From contig OX597821.1 in the NCBI GenBank assembly GCA_951406725.2, positions 107,942,001 through 108,006,000 of the forward strand: DNA of 64,000 nt, written 5' to 3'. The position numbers and the translations under genes are program-made. Below the pieces are notes generated by a model. It searched no databases. It saw only the letters and a program-made list of their open reading frames with translations, and was not told the DNA's origin. The stretch comes from Octopus vulgaris. Its lineage: Eukaryota. Shown here piece by piece: positions 27,886-40,982 of this stretch (its first letter is position 1; each line of letters starts with the position of its first letter).

Positions 27886-28340
27886 GTACATAGGTGGTCA
27901 GACAGGAGAGCTAGGAAGAAGGCAGATTCTAAATCGAATTGCTAGGTAGTCGAGTAGACACCACGACGAAACCACAGTAGTTTCACGTGATCGGCCGATT
28001 AACCAATTAATAAGCTTCAAGCTATCTCGTGATTCGATTATCTCATTTAGTCCGATATAGAGATGCTTTGTGTCGGTAACCGCAGAATGTTGAGGCCGCT
28101 GCTCGAGGCCTCCAATTGCAAAGATAATATGGAACTCGACCGAGGAAAGAAAACTTCGAATGACCCATCCGTGTTTTTTTCTTGCCTCTCTTTTGTATCA
28201 TCTGTCCGGATATTTTGTTATCCCCTTTTTAGTATTCCTTTATGTATGTGTGTATGTATGTATGTATGTATGTTTTTTTTTATGTATGTATGTATGTATG
28301 TATGTATGTATGTATATATATATATATATATTTATGTGTA

Positions 28341-28436
<96 letters not shown>

Positions 28437-28457
28437 TATATATATATATAAATATAC

Positions 28458-28650
28458 ATTCAAAATGTGACCGCGTGTGTACCGTTGGCGATTTTTTTCC
28501 TCTGTCTTCCCTTCTCTGGATCTTTCCTTCTCCTATGTTTCCGACGAAGAGCTCCGCTCGAAACGTTGAACCCTCCTTCTTTCCTTCTTCCTGAGCGTCT
28601 AATAATACTATATTTGTTCCACGTCCTCGCGTTGTTGTATTTTTTTGTGC
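28458..28650 (+). mobile_element. Repeat family H1 with hammerhead-like motif at 28537-28571
   Basis: GTTT-CCGACGA-AGAGC-TCC-GCTC-GAAAC-GTT-GAAC. (TA)n on both sides. Confidence 0.7.
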
Positions 28651-28664
28651 TTTCTTGTTTGGAT

Positions 28665-28734
<70 letters not shown>

Positions 28735-28794
28735 CACACATATATATATGCATATATATATATGTATATATATATGTGTGTATATATATGTATG

Positions 28795-28844
<50 letters not shown>

Positions 28845-28865
28845 TATACACATATATATATAAGT

Positions 28866-29185
28866 AACAATAATAGCAATAATCCTTGGATGAAATTTAT
28901 AAACGTTTAATTCATCGCTACGCGCGTTTCCATAAGTCACATGTATCTTAAGATTACAGTCCACATTTCTGGGATGATTACAGTGTAGTCCATAATATCA
29001 GTGGGCATCGTCTTGATAATCTTTATGGACTAATTCCTTCAAGCGATTATAACATTAATGGATGTGCAATAAATAGACCAGTACGAAGATTGATTGAGTT
29101 GTGTGGGTATTTCTGAGTTACTTATGTATTAGGCGTAGCGATGTTTATGAAGTCCATCCCAGGATTATTGTTATTATTATTATAT
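28866..29185. mobile_element. Element with ~55-bp imperfect inverted ends and a minus-strand hammerhead relic (28914-29047)
   Basis: AATAATCCTTGGATGAAATTTATAAAC..ATCGCTACGC mirrors GCGTAGCGATGTTTATGAAGTCCATCCCAGGATTATT. Minus strand ATCGC-TTGAAGG..CATAAAG..CTTATG-GAAAC-GCGC-GTA-GCGAT. Confidence 0.55.
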
Positions 29186-29544
29186 TTATCCTTTAACGGT
29201 ATTTCGTCTGTCTTTACGTTCTGAGTTCAAATTCCGCCGAGGTCAACTTCGCCTCTCATCCTTTCGGAGTCGATATTCATGTAGTTTATATGCAGATGGC
29301 AGGATCCAACTTGGTGGATAAATCCGCTCTTGTTCGTTCAGACGTGTAACTTATATAAAGTTGCATTCCATAAAAATTCCGAAGTGCAGATTCCAAGGTA
29401 GGTGAGTAAAATATAAATGAGCATCAAAAATGTATTTGCTACTCATTTATACATACATACATGCATACATACATACATACATACATACATACATACATGC
29501 ATGCAAGCATACATACATGCATACATTCATGCATACATATATGA

Positions 29545-29597
<53 letters not shown>

Positions 29598-29645
29598 CGC
29601 AAACTTACTGTTATCAAAAGTCGGGATGCGCGGCGTTCAGTAATT

Positions 29646-29691
<46 letters not shown>

Positions 29692-29894
29692 ATCTAGCTA
29701 TCAATTCTCTGTCAATTTACCTGTGTATACTGATCTATTTATATATTCAGTACACACGTTGTCATGCACACACACATGCATACACACACACATATATATA
29801 TATATATATACACATGTACACGCACATACATATATATATATGTAGAATATACACACATATATATATACACGCATATACACATATATGCAGCATA

Positions 29895-30282
29895 CTGCGG
29901 CACGCTGTCGGTTGTGACGATTAGGGTTCCAGTTGATTCGAATAAAGGAACAGCCTGCTCGTGAAATTAGCGTGCAAGTGGTTGAGCACTCCACAGACAC
30001 GTGTGCCCTTAACGTAGTTCTCGAGGTAGAGAATCAGCTTGACACAGAGCGTGACAAGGCTGGCCCTTTGAAAATACAGGTACAACAGAAACAGGAAAAC
30101 AGTGTGAGAGAAATTTGTGTTGAAAGAGTACAGCAGGGTTCGCCACTACCCCCTGCTGGAGCCTCGTGGAGCTTTAGATGTTTTCGCTTAATAAACACTC
30201 ACAATATCCGGTATGGGAATCGAAACCGCGATCCTATGATCGCGAGTCTGCTGCCCTAACCACTGAACCAATGCGCCTCCAA
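29895..30282 (-). mobile_element. SINE family C
   Basis: Colinear with 22082-22475. Confidence 0.8.
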
Positions 30283-30355
30283 TATGTTGTATATATACAC
30301 ACATATACACACACACATACATATGCATATGTGTAAATATGTATGTATGTATTTT

Positions 30356-30387
<32 letters not shown>

Positions 30388-30979
30388 TGTATGTATGTAT
30401 GTATGTATGTATGTATGTACGTATATATCTATGTATGGATGGATGGATGGATGGATGGATGGATGGATGGATGGATGGATGGATGGATGGATGGATGGAT
30501 GCATAGATGGAAGGATAGATGGATGGATGGATGGATAAATGGATGGATGGATGGATGGATGGATGGATGGATGGATGGATAGATGGATAGATGGATGGAT
30601 GGATGGATGTAACTCTATGCACAAGTAAATCTAGGATATACACAAGGCACAACGCCCAATAATTTATTTACGCCGCAAATGTTTTACATATTCCACATAT
30701 TTTTATATGGAAATTCTTGGATGCATAATTCTACGTACGTGCTTATGCACCTGCATTCGTCTGTGACACATTCTAGCTAGAAACATTCCAATATGGTCGT
30801 GTGCATCAGATATACTGAGGAATGCATGAACTTGCCTTATTTATGAATGCATTAAATTTCGTACGCACACACGCATATACACACATATCTATATCTATAA
30901 TTTTGTGTGTGAGTAGATATAGTGACTTCCGTGTGTGTGTACGTGTGTGTATGTATTTATGTGCGTGCAAGTGTGTGTT

Positions 30980-31011
<32 letters not shown>

Positions 31012-32110
31012 ATTTATATACGCGATAGAGATTTATTTATATTAGATCTACCTGCTTAAAAAAATAGCCTACAATATTTTATTCATGCTGGCTATGTGTG
31101 TATGTATGTATGTATGTATGTATGTGTGTATGTATGTATGTATGTATTTATGTATGTATGTAAGTATGTATGTATGTATGTATGCATGTATGTATGTAAG
31201 TATGTATGTATTTATGTATGTATGTATGTATGTATGTATGTATGTATGTATGTATGTATGTATTTATGTATGTATGTATGTATGCATGTATGTATGTAAG
31301 TATGTATGTATTTATGTATGTATGTATGTATGTATGTATGTATGTATGTATGTATGTATGTATGTATGTATGTATGTATGTATGTATGTATGTATGCATG
31401 TATGTATGTAAGTATGCATGTATGTATGTAAGTATGTATGTATGTATGTATGTATGTATATAAGTATGCATGTACGTATGTAAGTATGTATGTATGTATG
31501 TATGCATGTATGTATGTATGTATGTATGTATGTGTATAAAATATATATAAAAATATATATATCCTCTATCTTTTATTATTTCTCTTATCTTTTAGATGCT
31601 TCAGTGCATACATACAAACACACACACACATATATAGAGAGATATTATACACACACACACACATACACACACACACGTATATATATATATGTATATATAT
31701 GTATATATATTACGTATATTGGTATATATATATATATGTATATAAATATATATATACATACACATATATACGTATACATATATAAATACATATACATGCA
31801 TATATAAAAATATGTGTATACGTACGTATATGTATGTATATATATATCTATCTATCTCTGTCTCTGCCTCTGTCTCTCTCTCTCTCTTCTGTTTCTCTCT
31901 CTCTGTGTATATATATAAATATCCATATGTCTATGTATATGTATATATACTTTCTCTCTCTCTCTCTGCCTCTCTCTCTCCCTCTCTCTCTCTCTCTCCC
32001 TATATATATATATATATATATATATACGTATATATGTACTGAAGTATCTAAAAGATAAAAGAAATTGTAAAAGATAATGATATATTTTAAACATTTACAT
32101 ACATATATAA

Positions 32111-32170
<60 letters not shown>

Positions 32171-32604
32171 TTATATATGTTTGTAAATGTTTAAAATATA
32201 TCATTATCTTTATATTTGTGTGTGTGTGTGTGTGTGTGTATGTGTGTGTGAGAACATATTCGTATAGATTCGCTTACATTTACGCATATAAATGACTAAG
32301 TACATTTATATATTAATATTATCTAAAATATTCAATTGAAACATAACTACAATGTATAAAGAATGAATATACTTTCTTCTGAACTGTGATTTATAAAACA
32401 TCTCCATATGTCACGGTGGACAGAAAATGAATGTCTTTTTTTCCTCACTAGTTTTTTCACTATCTGATGATTCATCAGCGTATTAGTAACCTCCATTTTA
32501 ATTGATGGGAAAAAACTTCTTGTTTATAGCTTATAGGTAGCTGTTTGTACCAAATGAAAACCAGGCTTCATTTGAAATGCACTGTCTATTTTGTATAATC
32601 TAGG

Positions 32605-32672
<68 letters not shown>

Positions 32673-32809
32673 ACTGAAGCATCTAAAAGATAAGAGAAAT
32701 TATAAAAGATAATGATATATTCTATACATTTACACACATTTACACACATATACATACGTATGTATATGTATGTATATCTCTCTATATATATGTATATATA
32801 TATATATAT

Positions 32810-32895
<86 letters not shown>

Positions 32896-32960
32896 ACTCA
32901 AATATATATTTTTTAACATTTTAAAACAAGCCTTCTGGAGTTTTTTCACTTTTTACTATT

Positions 32961-33000
<40 letters not shown>

Positions 33001-33216
33001 GTTAGGCAAATTTACTTGGAAATGGATGTGTGGCGTTCAGTCATATAATAATATAAATAATGTATATATATATACTGTTACTGCTTAAATGTATATATAT
33101 GTACTGTTACTGCTACAAAAAAAGCTCAACATAATGGACACTAGCAAGAGGGTTTCATAGAATATGGGGTGTATAGCCGATATATACGTATAGATACAGC
33201 CGCATACACACAAACA

Positions 33217-33321
<105 letters not shown>

Positions 33322-33498
33322 CTTAGTTTGATTTGAAAACCTCACTAGAATGAGAGAAATCGCTAATACATGTTCTAAGTTATATGATGTATACAAATAA
33401 ATATCTGTAAATATAAACCATCCGATTTTCTGAGTACCTCATTTCTTCTAATATAAAATACCTGTCCTTCATCTCCAAACCTTCCAATATATATATGC

Positions 33499-33549
<51 letters not shown>

Positions 33550-33879
33550 CATATAAATATACATATACATACATATACATACATACATACATATATATAT
33601 ATATACACGCGCGTATCTGTATGTATCCTTAGTTATATACCCGCGCACTTATATAGCTTTCGACATACGTACAGACACACACATACAACGCCATTAATAA
33701 ATACAACGCCATTATACAACAATTTCTCGCAACCAAATGTTATATCTGTCGCAATTCAATATTGCACCTGCTTACCAAAAGACTATCTCTCTTTACAATA
33801 AAAAAAAGATCAAATATATATCTCTGATTATTTCCCTTACAAGTTAGCGAAATATGCATGGTGTACTCATTAACTAAAT

Positions 33880-34000
33880 ATACGTTAATTTACCGACGTC
33901 GTTCTCATCATTATCGTTTGACGCGCAAGTTCCAAAAAATATTAAAATGTCTACCAAGGCAGAGTATAAAGCGCGCGTATTTCACGTCAGTCAGTAGCAG
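33880..34000 (+). promoter_or_regulatory. Candidate Pol II core promoter (TATA + Inr)
   Basis: TATAAAG at 33965-33971. TCAGTCAGT at 33987-33995, with the A at 33993 28 nt downstream. TGACG/CACGTCA CRE-like half-sites. Lies in a repeat-free, CpG-retaining island. Confidence 0.5.
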
Positions 34001-34005
34001 TCATC

Positions 34006-34086
34006 ATGGCTGCCATAGCCGCATCTGTGACTGGGGACAACAGCTGCAGCAGAATGGCTCTGACAACAGCAGGTGAAATACACTGA
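34006..34086 (+). CDS. Short ORF MAAIAASVTGDNSCSRMALTTAGEIH (uORF, or first coding exon spliced at 34072/34073)
   Basis: ATCATGG Kozak context just after the putative Inr; CAG|GTGAAA donor-like site. No homology recognised. Confidence 0.3.
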   Translation: MAAIAASVTGDNSCSRMALTTAGEIH

Positions 34087-35028
34087 CTTCGTGAAAGCAG
34101 TTGCATTGAGAACAACCGCAGCTGCTGCAGAAGACAGGAGAACAGCAACAGCTAAGACGAGTCTGCGTAATAAGAAAAATAAAGTATGCAGAGAAAGGAA
34201 ATTATCTGCGCTCTCTAATTCTGTTGTGTCTATGTTGGACGAGTCAGCGAGTGTAGTCGCGATGGGATTGTTTGTCTTGGCCGTAGAAATAGCAGCTAGA
34301 AATCTTTTATGTGTGTTTCTAGCGTTTTTCACAAAATGTGGAGGGAACATTTGGCGGGACTGTGTACGATTGATTTTGATTGTTAAAGAAAAAATGAAAG
34401 GAAGCTAAGGTGAGAGAGAGAGAGAGAGAGCGAGAGAGATAAAGAGGGAGAAGAAAGAGGGTGTAAGAGAAGAGAGAAATGAAAGAAATGAAAGAAAACA
34501 GACAATTGAAAAGAAAAGAATGAAAGAAAAGCGAAAGAGAAAGAGAGCAAGATAGAAATCGAGAATGAAAGAAAGAAAAGGAAGAGAGACGAGAGAGAAA
34601 GAAAGATGGATAGAAAGCGAGATGCAACGAAAAGAAAAGCGAGTATGTTTACGTTGATCTGAGAGCGGAGCAAATACATGTATGCACTTGGAACCACCAC
34701 TACCACACCACCACCACCACCACCGCCCTCAACTCTACCATCACCACCACCACCATCACTGCCGCCGTCGCCGCTGCCACCACCACCATACCATCACTAC
34801 CACCATACCATCACTACCACCATCACAATCAACAACGACTAATAACAACAGCTTATATCAAAAGATACAGTTTAGAACCGTGCCTCATTCGTTTTATTAA
34901 CGATTGCAGCATGAAGCGATACAACAACATAAATCCGTGGAAAGCAATAGCAACCACGTTAGCAACGTCTGTTGCGCTTTGAATGAAAACTCTAGCAACA
35001 CTTGTTATAACACATTCATATAAACATT

Positions 35029-35100
<72 letters not shown>

Positions 35101-35260
35101 CACACACACACGCACACACACACTCACACACACATACATACATTTGCAACATACAGCTATATAAATTTGCAACATGCACATACCGTGTATACATTTGCAA
35201 CAGATACATGTATGCACTTGGAACACATACACACAAACACACACAACTACACACACACAA

Positions 35261-35305
<45 letters not shown>

Positions 35306-35539
35306 TACACGCATACATACACACACAAACACAAACTCAGACATACAACCGGTGTTGGCTTGTTTGCACCCCCGCAACCTAGCGTTTCAGCAAAAGATAC
35401 CGATGGAATAAGTATTAGGCTTTTAAGAAATAGAACCCTTGAGTGAAGTGCTCCAGCGTGGCCGCAGTCTAACGACTAAAAGAAGTAAAGGATAAAAGAT
35501 ACTTACATTGGTAAACACACACACGCACAAACGCAAACA

Positions 35540-36650
35540 TATACATATATATACACACATGCACACACATATACACACACATACACAAATATAAATACAC
35601 ACACTAGTAACACATATATCTACGACATACGTGTATACATTTGTAACAAACATATACACAGCTGTTGTACACACACACATGTATATATATGACACACATA
35701 CAAGTATGTTACATTCATACACACATATATACATACATTTGTATCATACGTATATACATTTGTAACATAAGTATATACATTTGTAACAAATATATTTACA
35801 GTTGTTACACACACACACGCACATACACACACATATATATACATACTTGTAACACACATATATATATGTACACACTCACTGGTAACACACATTTGCAACA
35901 TACGTATATACATTTGTAACAAACACATATACAGTTGTAACACATACACACACACACACACACATACGCACGCACGCATACACACACACATATATATACA
36001 TACTTGTAACACACACACACATATATATGTACAGATTCACCTGTAACACTCATATACATACATTTGTAAAATACATATATACATTTGTAACAAACACGTA
36101 TACAGTTGTAACACATACTCACACGCACACACACATCCACACGCACACATACACACTCACATATATATACATACTTGTAACACACGCACACATATATGTA
36201 CAGATTCACCTGTAACACTCATATACATACATTTGTAAAATACTTATATACATTTGTAACAAAGACATATACAGTTGTAACACATACACACACGCACACA
36301 CACATACACACATACACACACATATATATATATACATACTTGTAACACACACACACATATATGTACAGATTCACCAGTAACACTCATATACATACATTTG
36401 TAAAATACTTATATACATTTGTAACAAAGACATATACAGTTGTAACACATACACACACGCACACACACATACACACATACACACACATATATATATATAC
36501 ATACTTGTAACACACACACACATATATGTACAGATTCACCAGTAACACTCATATACATACATTTGTAAAATACTTATATACATTTGTAACAAAGACATAT
36601 ACAGTTGTAACACATACACACACACACATACACACATACGCACACATACA
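35540..36650. repeat. Minisatellite with ~165-170-bp unit built from TGTAACA sub-repeats
   Basis: ATGTACAGATTCACC at 36027, 36197, 36361 and 36526. Confidence 0.9.
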
Positions 36651-37191
36651 CATGTATATATGCAGTAGACGCAGGAACATCTGCGACAGTCAGGTCAACA
36701 GCTGCAACCAACAACTGTAATCAATACGAAAACACCTGCTACTAGCAACTAGCGTTAGCATTTGTAGCGAATGAAGACGATGTAGCGACGTTATTGGCTC
36801 TTGCGAACAATGGCAACATTAGCAACGGTAACAGTTGTAACAACGCGTAGTCGCTTTTCACACCCTTACGCAGTTGATAAAAAAAGCAACGATTATAGCC
36901 ATGGCTTTTGCGGCCATGTTTATATTTGTAAGAAAGCATTAACCGCGATTGAAACAGGCAGGAAAGATACAGGAACTTATTATTAATCTTTTATGGTTTA
37001 CGTGTTTTAAGTAATCGGACTGTGGCCATGCTGTAGCACCGTCTTGAAGGGCTAAGCGGAATAAATCGATCCTGGTACTTTCTTTTTAAATTTGGTATTA
37101 TCGGATGTTTGAAAATCGCTAAGTCTTTCGCTATTATGGTAAGATGAAAAATTGAAAAATTTACCAAGAAATAAATGTGAGAAAGAGCGAT

Positions 37192-37238
<47 letters not shown>

Positions 37239-37628
37239 GGGAGAGAGAGAGATGGGGAAGAGAGAGGCAGACAGAGAGAAAAGGAGAAAAAGAGAGCAAT
37301 AGAAAGAGAAAGAGGGATTTGGTGAAGAGAGAGACCGAGAGAGAGAGAGAGACCGAGAGAGAGAGAGAGACCGAGAGAGAGAGAGAGACAGACTGACAGA
37401 CAGAGGAGAGAGAGTGAGAGTTAGAAATATAGTAGGAGATTGAGACATGGAGAGAAATATAGGGAAACAGAGACAGAGTGAGAGAGATAGAGAGAGAGGA
37501 GATTGAGCTAGAGATACTATAGGAGATAGAGTAGAAGATAGAAAGAGAGAGAGAGAGGGAGAATGAAAGAGAGAGAGTTGGAGATATTGAAGGACACTGA
37601 GACATAGAGAGAAATATAAGGAAAGCGA

Positions 37629-37666
<38 letters not shown>

Positions 37667-37759
37667 GGTGAGGAAGAACGTGCAAGATGAAAGAAAGTAG
37701 AAGAAAGAGAAAAAGATGAGGTGTAAAACGAATTCATTTCACAACTGGTAGCAGTTACG

Positions 37760-38220
37760 GAAGAAGAAGGTAGAAGAAAGAGAAAAAGAAGAAGAAGAAG
37801 AAGAAGAAGAAGAAGAAGAAGAAGAAGAAGAAGAAGAAGAAGGAGGAGGAGGAGGAGGAGGAGGAGAAAAAGAAGAAGAAGAAGGAGGAGGAGGAGGAGG
37901 AGGAGAAGAAGAAGAAGAAGAAAAGAAAAAGAAAAGGAAGAAGAAGAAGAAGGAGGAGGAGGAGGAGAAGAAGAAAAAAGAAGAAGAAGAAGAAGGAGGA
38001 GGAGGAGGAGAAGAAGAAGAAGAAGAAGAAAAAGAAGAAGAAGAAGAAGGAGGAGGAGGAGGAGAAGAAGAAGAAGAAGGAGGAGGAGGAGGAAGAAGAA
38101 GAAGAAGAAAAAAAAGAAGAAGAAGAAGAAGAAGAAGAAGAAGAGGAGGAAGAAGAAGAAGAAGAAGAAGAAGAAGAAGAAGAAGAAGAAGAAGAAGAAG
38201 AAGAAGAAGAAGAAGAAGAA
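37760..38220. repeat. (GAA)n/(GGA)n polypurine tract
   Basis: About 450 nt of almost pure purine. Confidence 0.95.
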
Positions 38221-39502
38221 CTCTCCAAAAAAGACATTTTTGCTTCAATACACCAATTCCTCTCCTCTCAACCGTCCCACAACGCAACTAACCTCTCGTG
38301 AAAGAAGAGGGTCGATATACCGCCAGATCGATATAGCAATGAGGGTTTTTTTTCGTTCCAATCGAGGAAAAAAAGAATGAAAGAACGACACCAGTAACTG
38401 TATTTACCAACTGACGAATGATGCTTCTTGAATAAACAATATGTTTACAAGAATGGTTTGATGTTAAAATAATCTCTTCTGGTGAGGAATGGTCGATTCT
38501 ATTACTATAGTGTGTTTTAGCGTAAGGGGAAAAAATATAAATAAACGCCGTGGAAATTAGACCGTGTGTGTGTTATTTTTGTGTTGTTTTGTTTGTTTAT
38601 TTGGTCAGTTGATGGCGGTGGACTGGTGGGTGGGTGGGTGGGTGGGTGGGTCGGTCGGTCGGTTGGTTGGTTGGTTGGTTGGTGTGATAAGATGATGGAG
38701 TTTGTTGTTTGCGTATTTTCTTCTTTTATACTTAGTTTTTTTTCTTCTTCTCCAAACCCTCTTTTAAACGTGGACGAATGAATAATCGATTGGAAGAATA
38801 ATCTATTTATCGAAGATAGCAAAGAACTGGTGTAAATTGAGAGAGAGAGAGAGAGAGTGAGAGAGAGAGATGGAAGGGGGAGATAACTGGAGGATGGTAT
38901 CTTTTTAGCGAAATAGTCGATTTTCGATCAATCCTCTCTTATTTACTTCTCTCATTCCTTTCCTCCATTTTTCAATCTACACACATATAAATACTCATAT
39001 TTACATATGAAGGAGAGAAAGAGAGAAAGAGAGATTTGGTGAAGAGAGAGACCGAGAGAGAGACAGAGAGACAGACTGCCAGACAGAGGAGAGAGAGAGC
39101 GAGAGTTAAAAATATAATAGGAGATTGAGACATGGAGAGAAATATAAGAAAAAAGAGATAGAGTGAGAGAGAGAGAGAGAGAGAAAGAGAGACGAGATTG
39201 AGCTAGATAGCTATCTTTCAATCTACACACATATAAATACTCATATTTACATATATACGCTGATACAAACATACATACGTGTTTATATACACACATAACT
39301 GCATACATGCACTCATTACTACATATACACAAACACAACTACATGCCTAGACAGAAAACTAAATACACACACATAACTATACATCTATGTACATACATAA
39401 AGATAAATATACGTACGTACATGCATATAAACATCATCCGCATACACTCACACACATAACCACATATATATATACAAACATAGCTACATACATACACATA
39501 TA

Positions 39503-40333
39503 CGACAGGGTACCCAAAAGAAACCGGAATTTAACAATATTATTTTATTCACTTAGCTTCACATGTTTCCTCTTTGATCGCCGTCGTAGTATTCTTTGCT
39601 TGAAGGAATGGATTGTTCCAGATGCATTTTCCACTGTTGGAAGCAGTGCTGGACATTTTGTGAAGTGATGCCTTCTAACGCTTCGGTCTTTTTTTTCTTC
39701 ACTTCTTCCACATCTGAAAATTCTGTTGCACCAGCTTTTGTCACCAGTGACGAAAAAAGGCTCAAATCAACATCCAGTTTCAGTTCACGACACACATTCA
39801 GTCTTGACTGCTTTTGATCTTTCGGGAATAAGCGAGGCACAAATTTTGTTGCAACTCTTTTCATTCGCAATTCGGCGCTCAAAATTCGTTGGCAGGAGCT
39901 CCAAGACATACCAGTCATATCAACAAATTCATCAATTGTTCCTCCAAGGTTAGTTCATGAATTTTCGTGATGCTTTCATTCGTTCAGGGGCTCGACGTTC
40001 GCCCTGAACGAAGCTGGTTTTCAAACGACAACTGACCATTGATAAGCGTGAAAACCGCTCGTGAACTTGTGTTTTGCTCACGGCAGTGTCCTTTTACCAT
40101 GTTAGAAGCATGACAGCTGTTTCGGCTATCTTTTTACCCAGCAGAAGACAAAATTTAACGGAAGCACGCTGTACCTTCGGTTCAGCCATCGCAAAAATCG
40201 ACAAACAGGGGAGAAGCACTGCAAAGCAAAGACGCACCACGTTGCATTACGACCCCACCCGACGCCGCCGATCGGCAGACTGATGCCTGAGGGTTGTATA
40301 CAGTGGCTTCTAACGTTTCCGGTTACCCCCTCG
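39503..40333 (-). mobile_element. Internally deleted mariner with degenerate TIRs and TA flanks
   Basis: TA|CGACAGGGTACCC..CCGGAA and TTCCGGTTACCCCCTCG|TA. Peptides SWSSCQRILSAELRMKRVATKFVPRL and CFQQWK..EYYDGD; the catalytic middle is missing. Confidence 0.85.
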
Positions 40334-40554
40334 TATACATACAGGTACGGAGGGTACATACATAAGCACGAGCATACGTTCAAAACTCAAAACAAGGATG
40401 ATATGTCCATCTCGGGTCATGGGTTCGCCGCATTCTTTGGCTCTCAGTCGCTCCTTTTATTCGAACAAAGGTGTGGGGGATTTATAGAGCAGAGATAGAT
40501 TAACAAATATAATAAAGTGTATACATATATATATATAAATAGATAAAATAAAAA

Positions 40555-40716
40555 TGGCTCCAGCGCGGCTGAGTAGTAAGAAGTTTGCTTCCCAACCAGA
40601 AGGTTCCTGGTTCAGTTCCACTGCGTGCTATCTTGGACAAACGTCTTCTAATATAGCCTCGGGCCGACTAAAGCCTTGTGCGTGGATTTGGTAGAGGGAA
40701 ACTGAAAGAAGCTTGT

Positions 40717-40774
<58 letters not shown>

Positions 40775-40982
40775 AATATATATATATGTACGTTTTTGTG
40801 TGTTTGTGATTGCCCGTCCCCCACTATCGCTTGATAACAGATGTTATTGTGTTTACGTCCTCGTAACTTAGCGGTTCGGCAAAAAGAGAGCGATAGAATA
40901 AGTATTAGGCTTCCAAAAGAATAAGTGCTGGGGGGGGGCGATTTGGCCGTAGTCTAATGATCGAAACAAGTAAATGATAAGA
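40555..40982 (+). mobile_element. SINE family A, near full length
   Basis: Head, TA linker and tail in order. Confidence 0.85.

Noticed and set aside
34073-34408. 111-aa ORF with a hydrophobic stretch
   Set aside because: The GTG start coincides with a donor-like site and I recognise no homology; more likely UTR or intron.
35540-36650. CRISPR-like repeat/spacer appearance
   Set aside because: Spacers are CA/TA low-complexity and themselves repeated; eukaryotic context with no cas genes.
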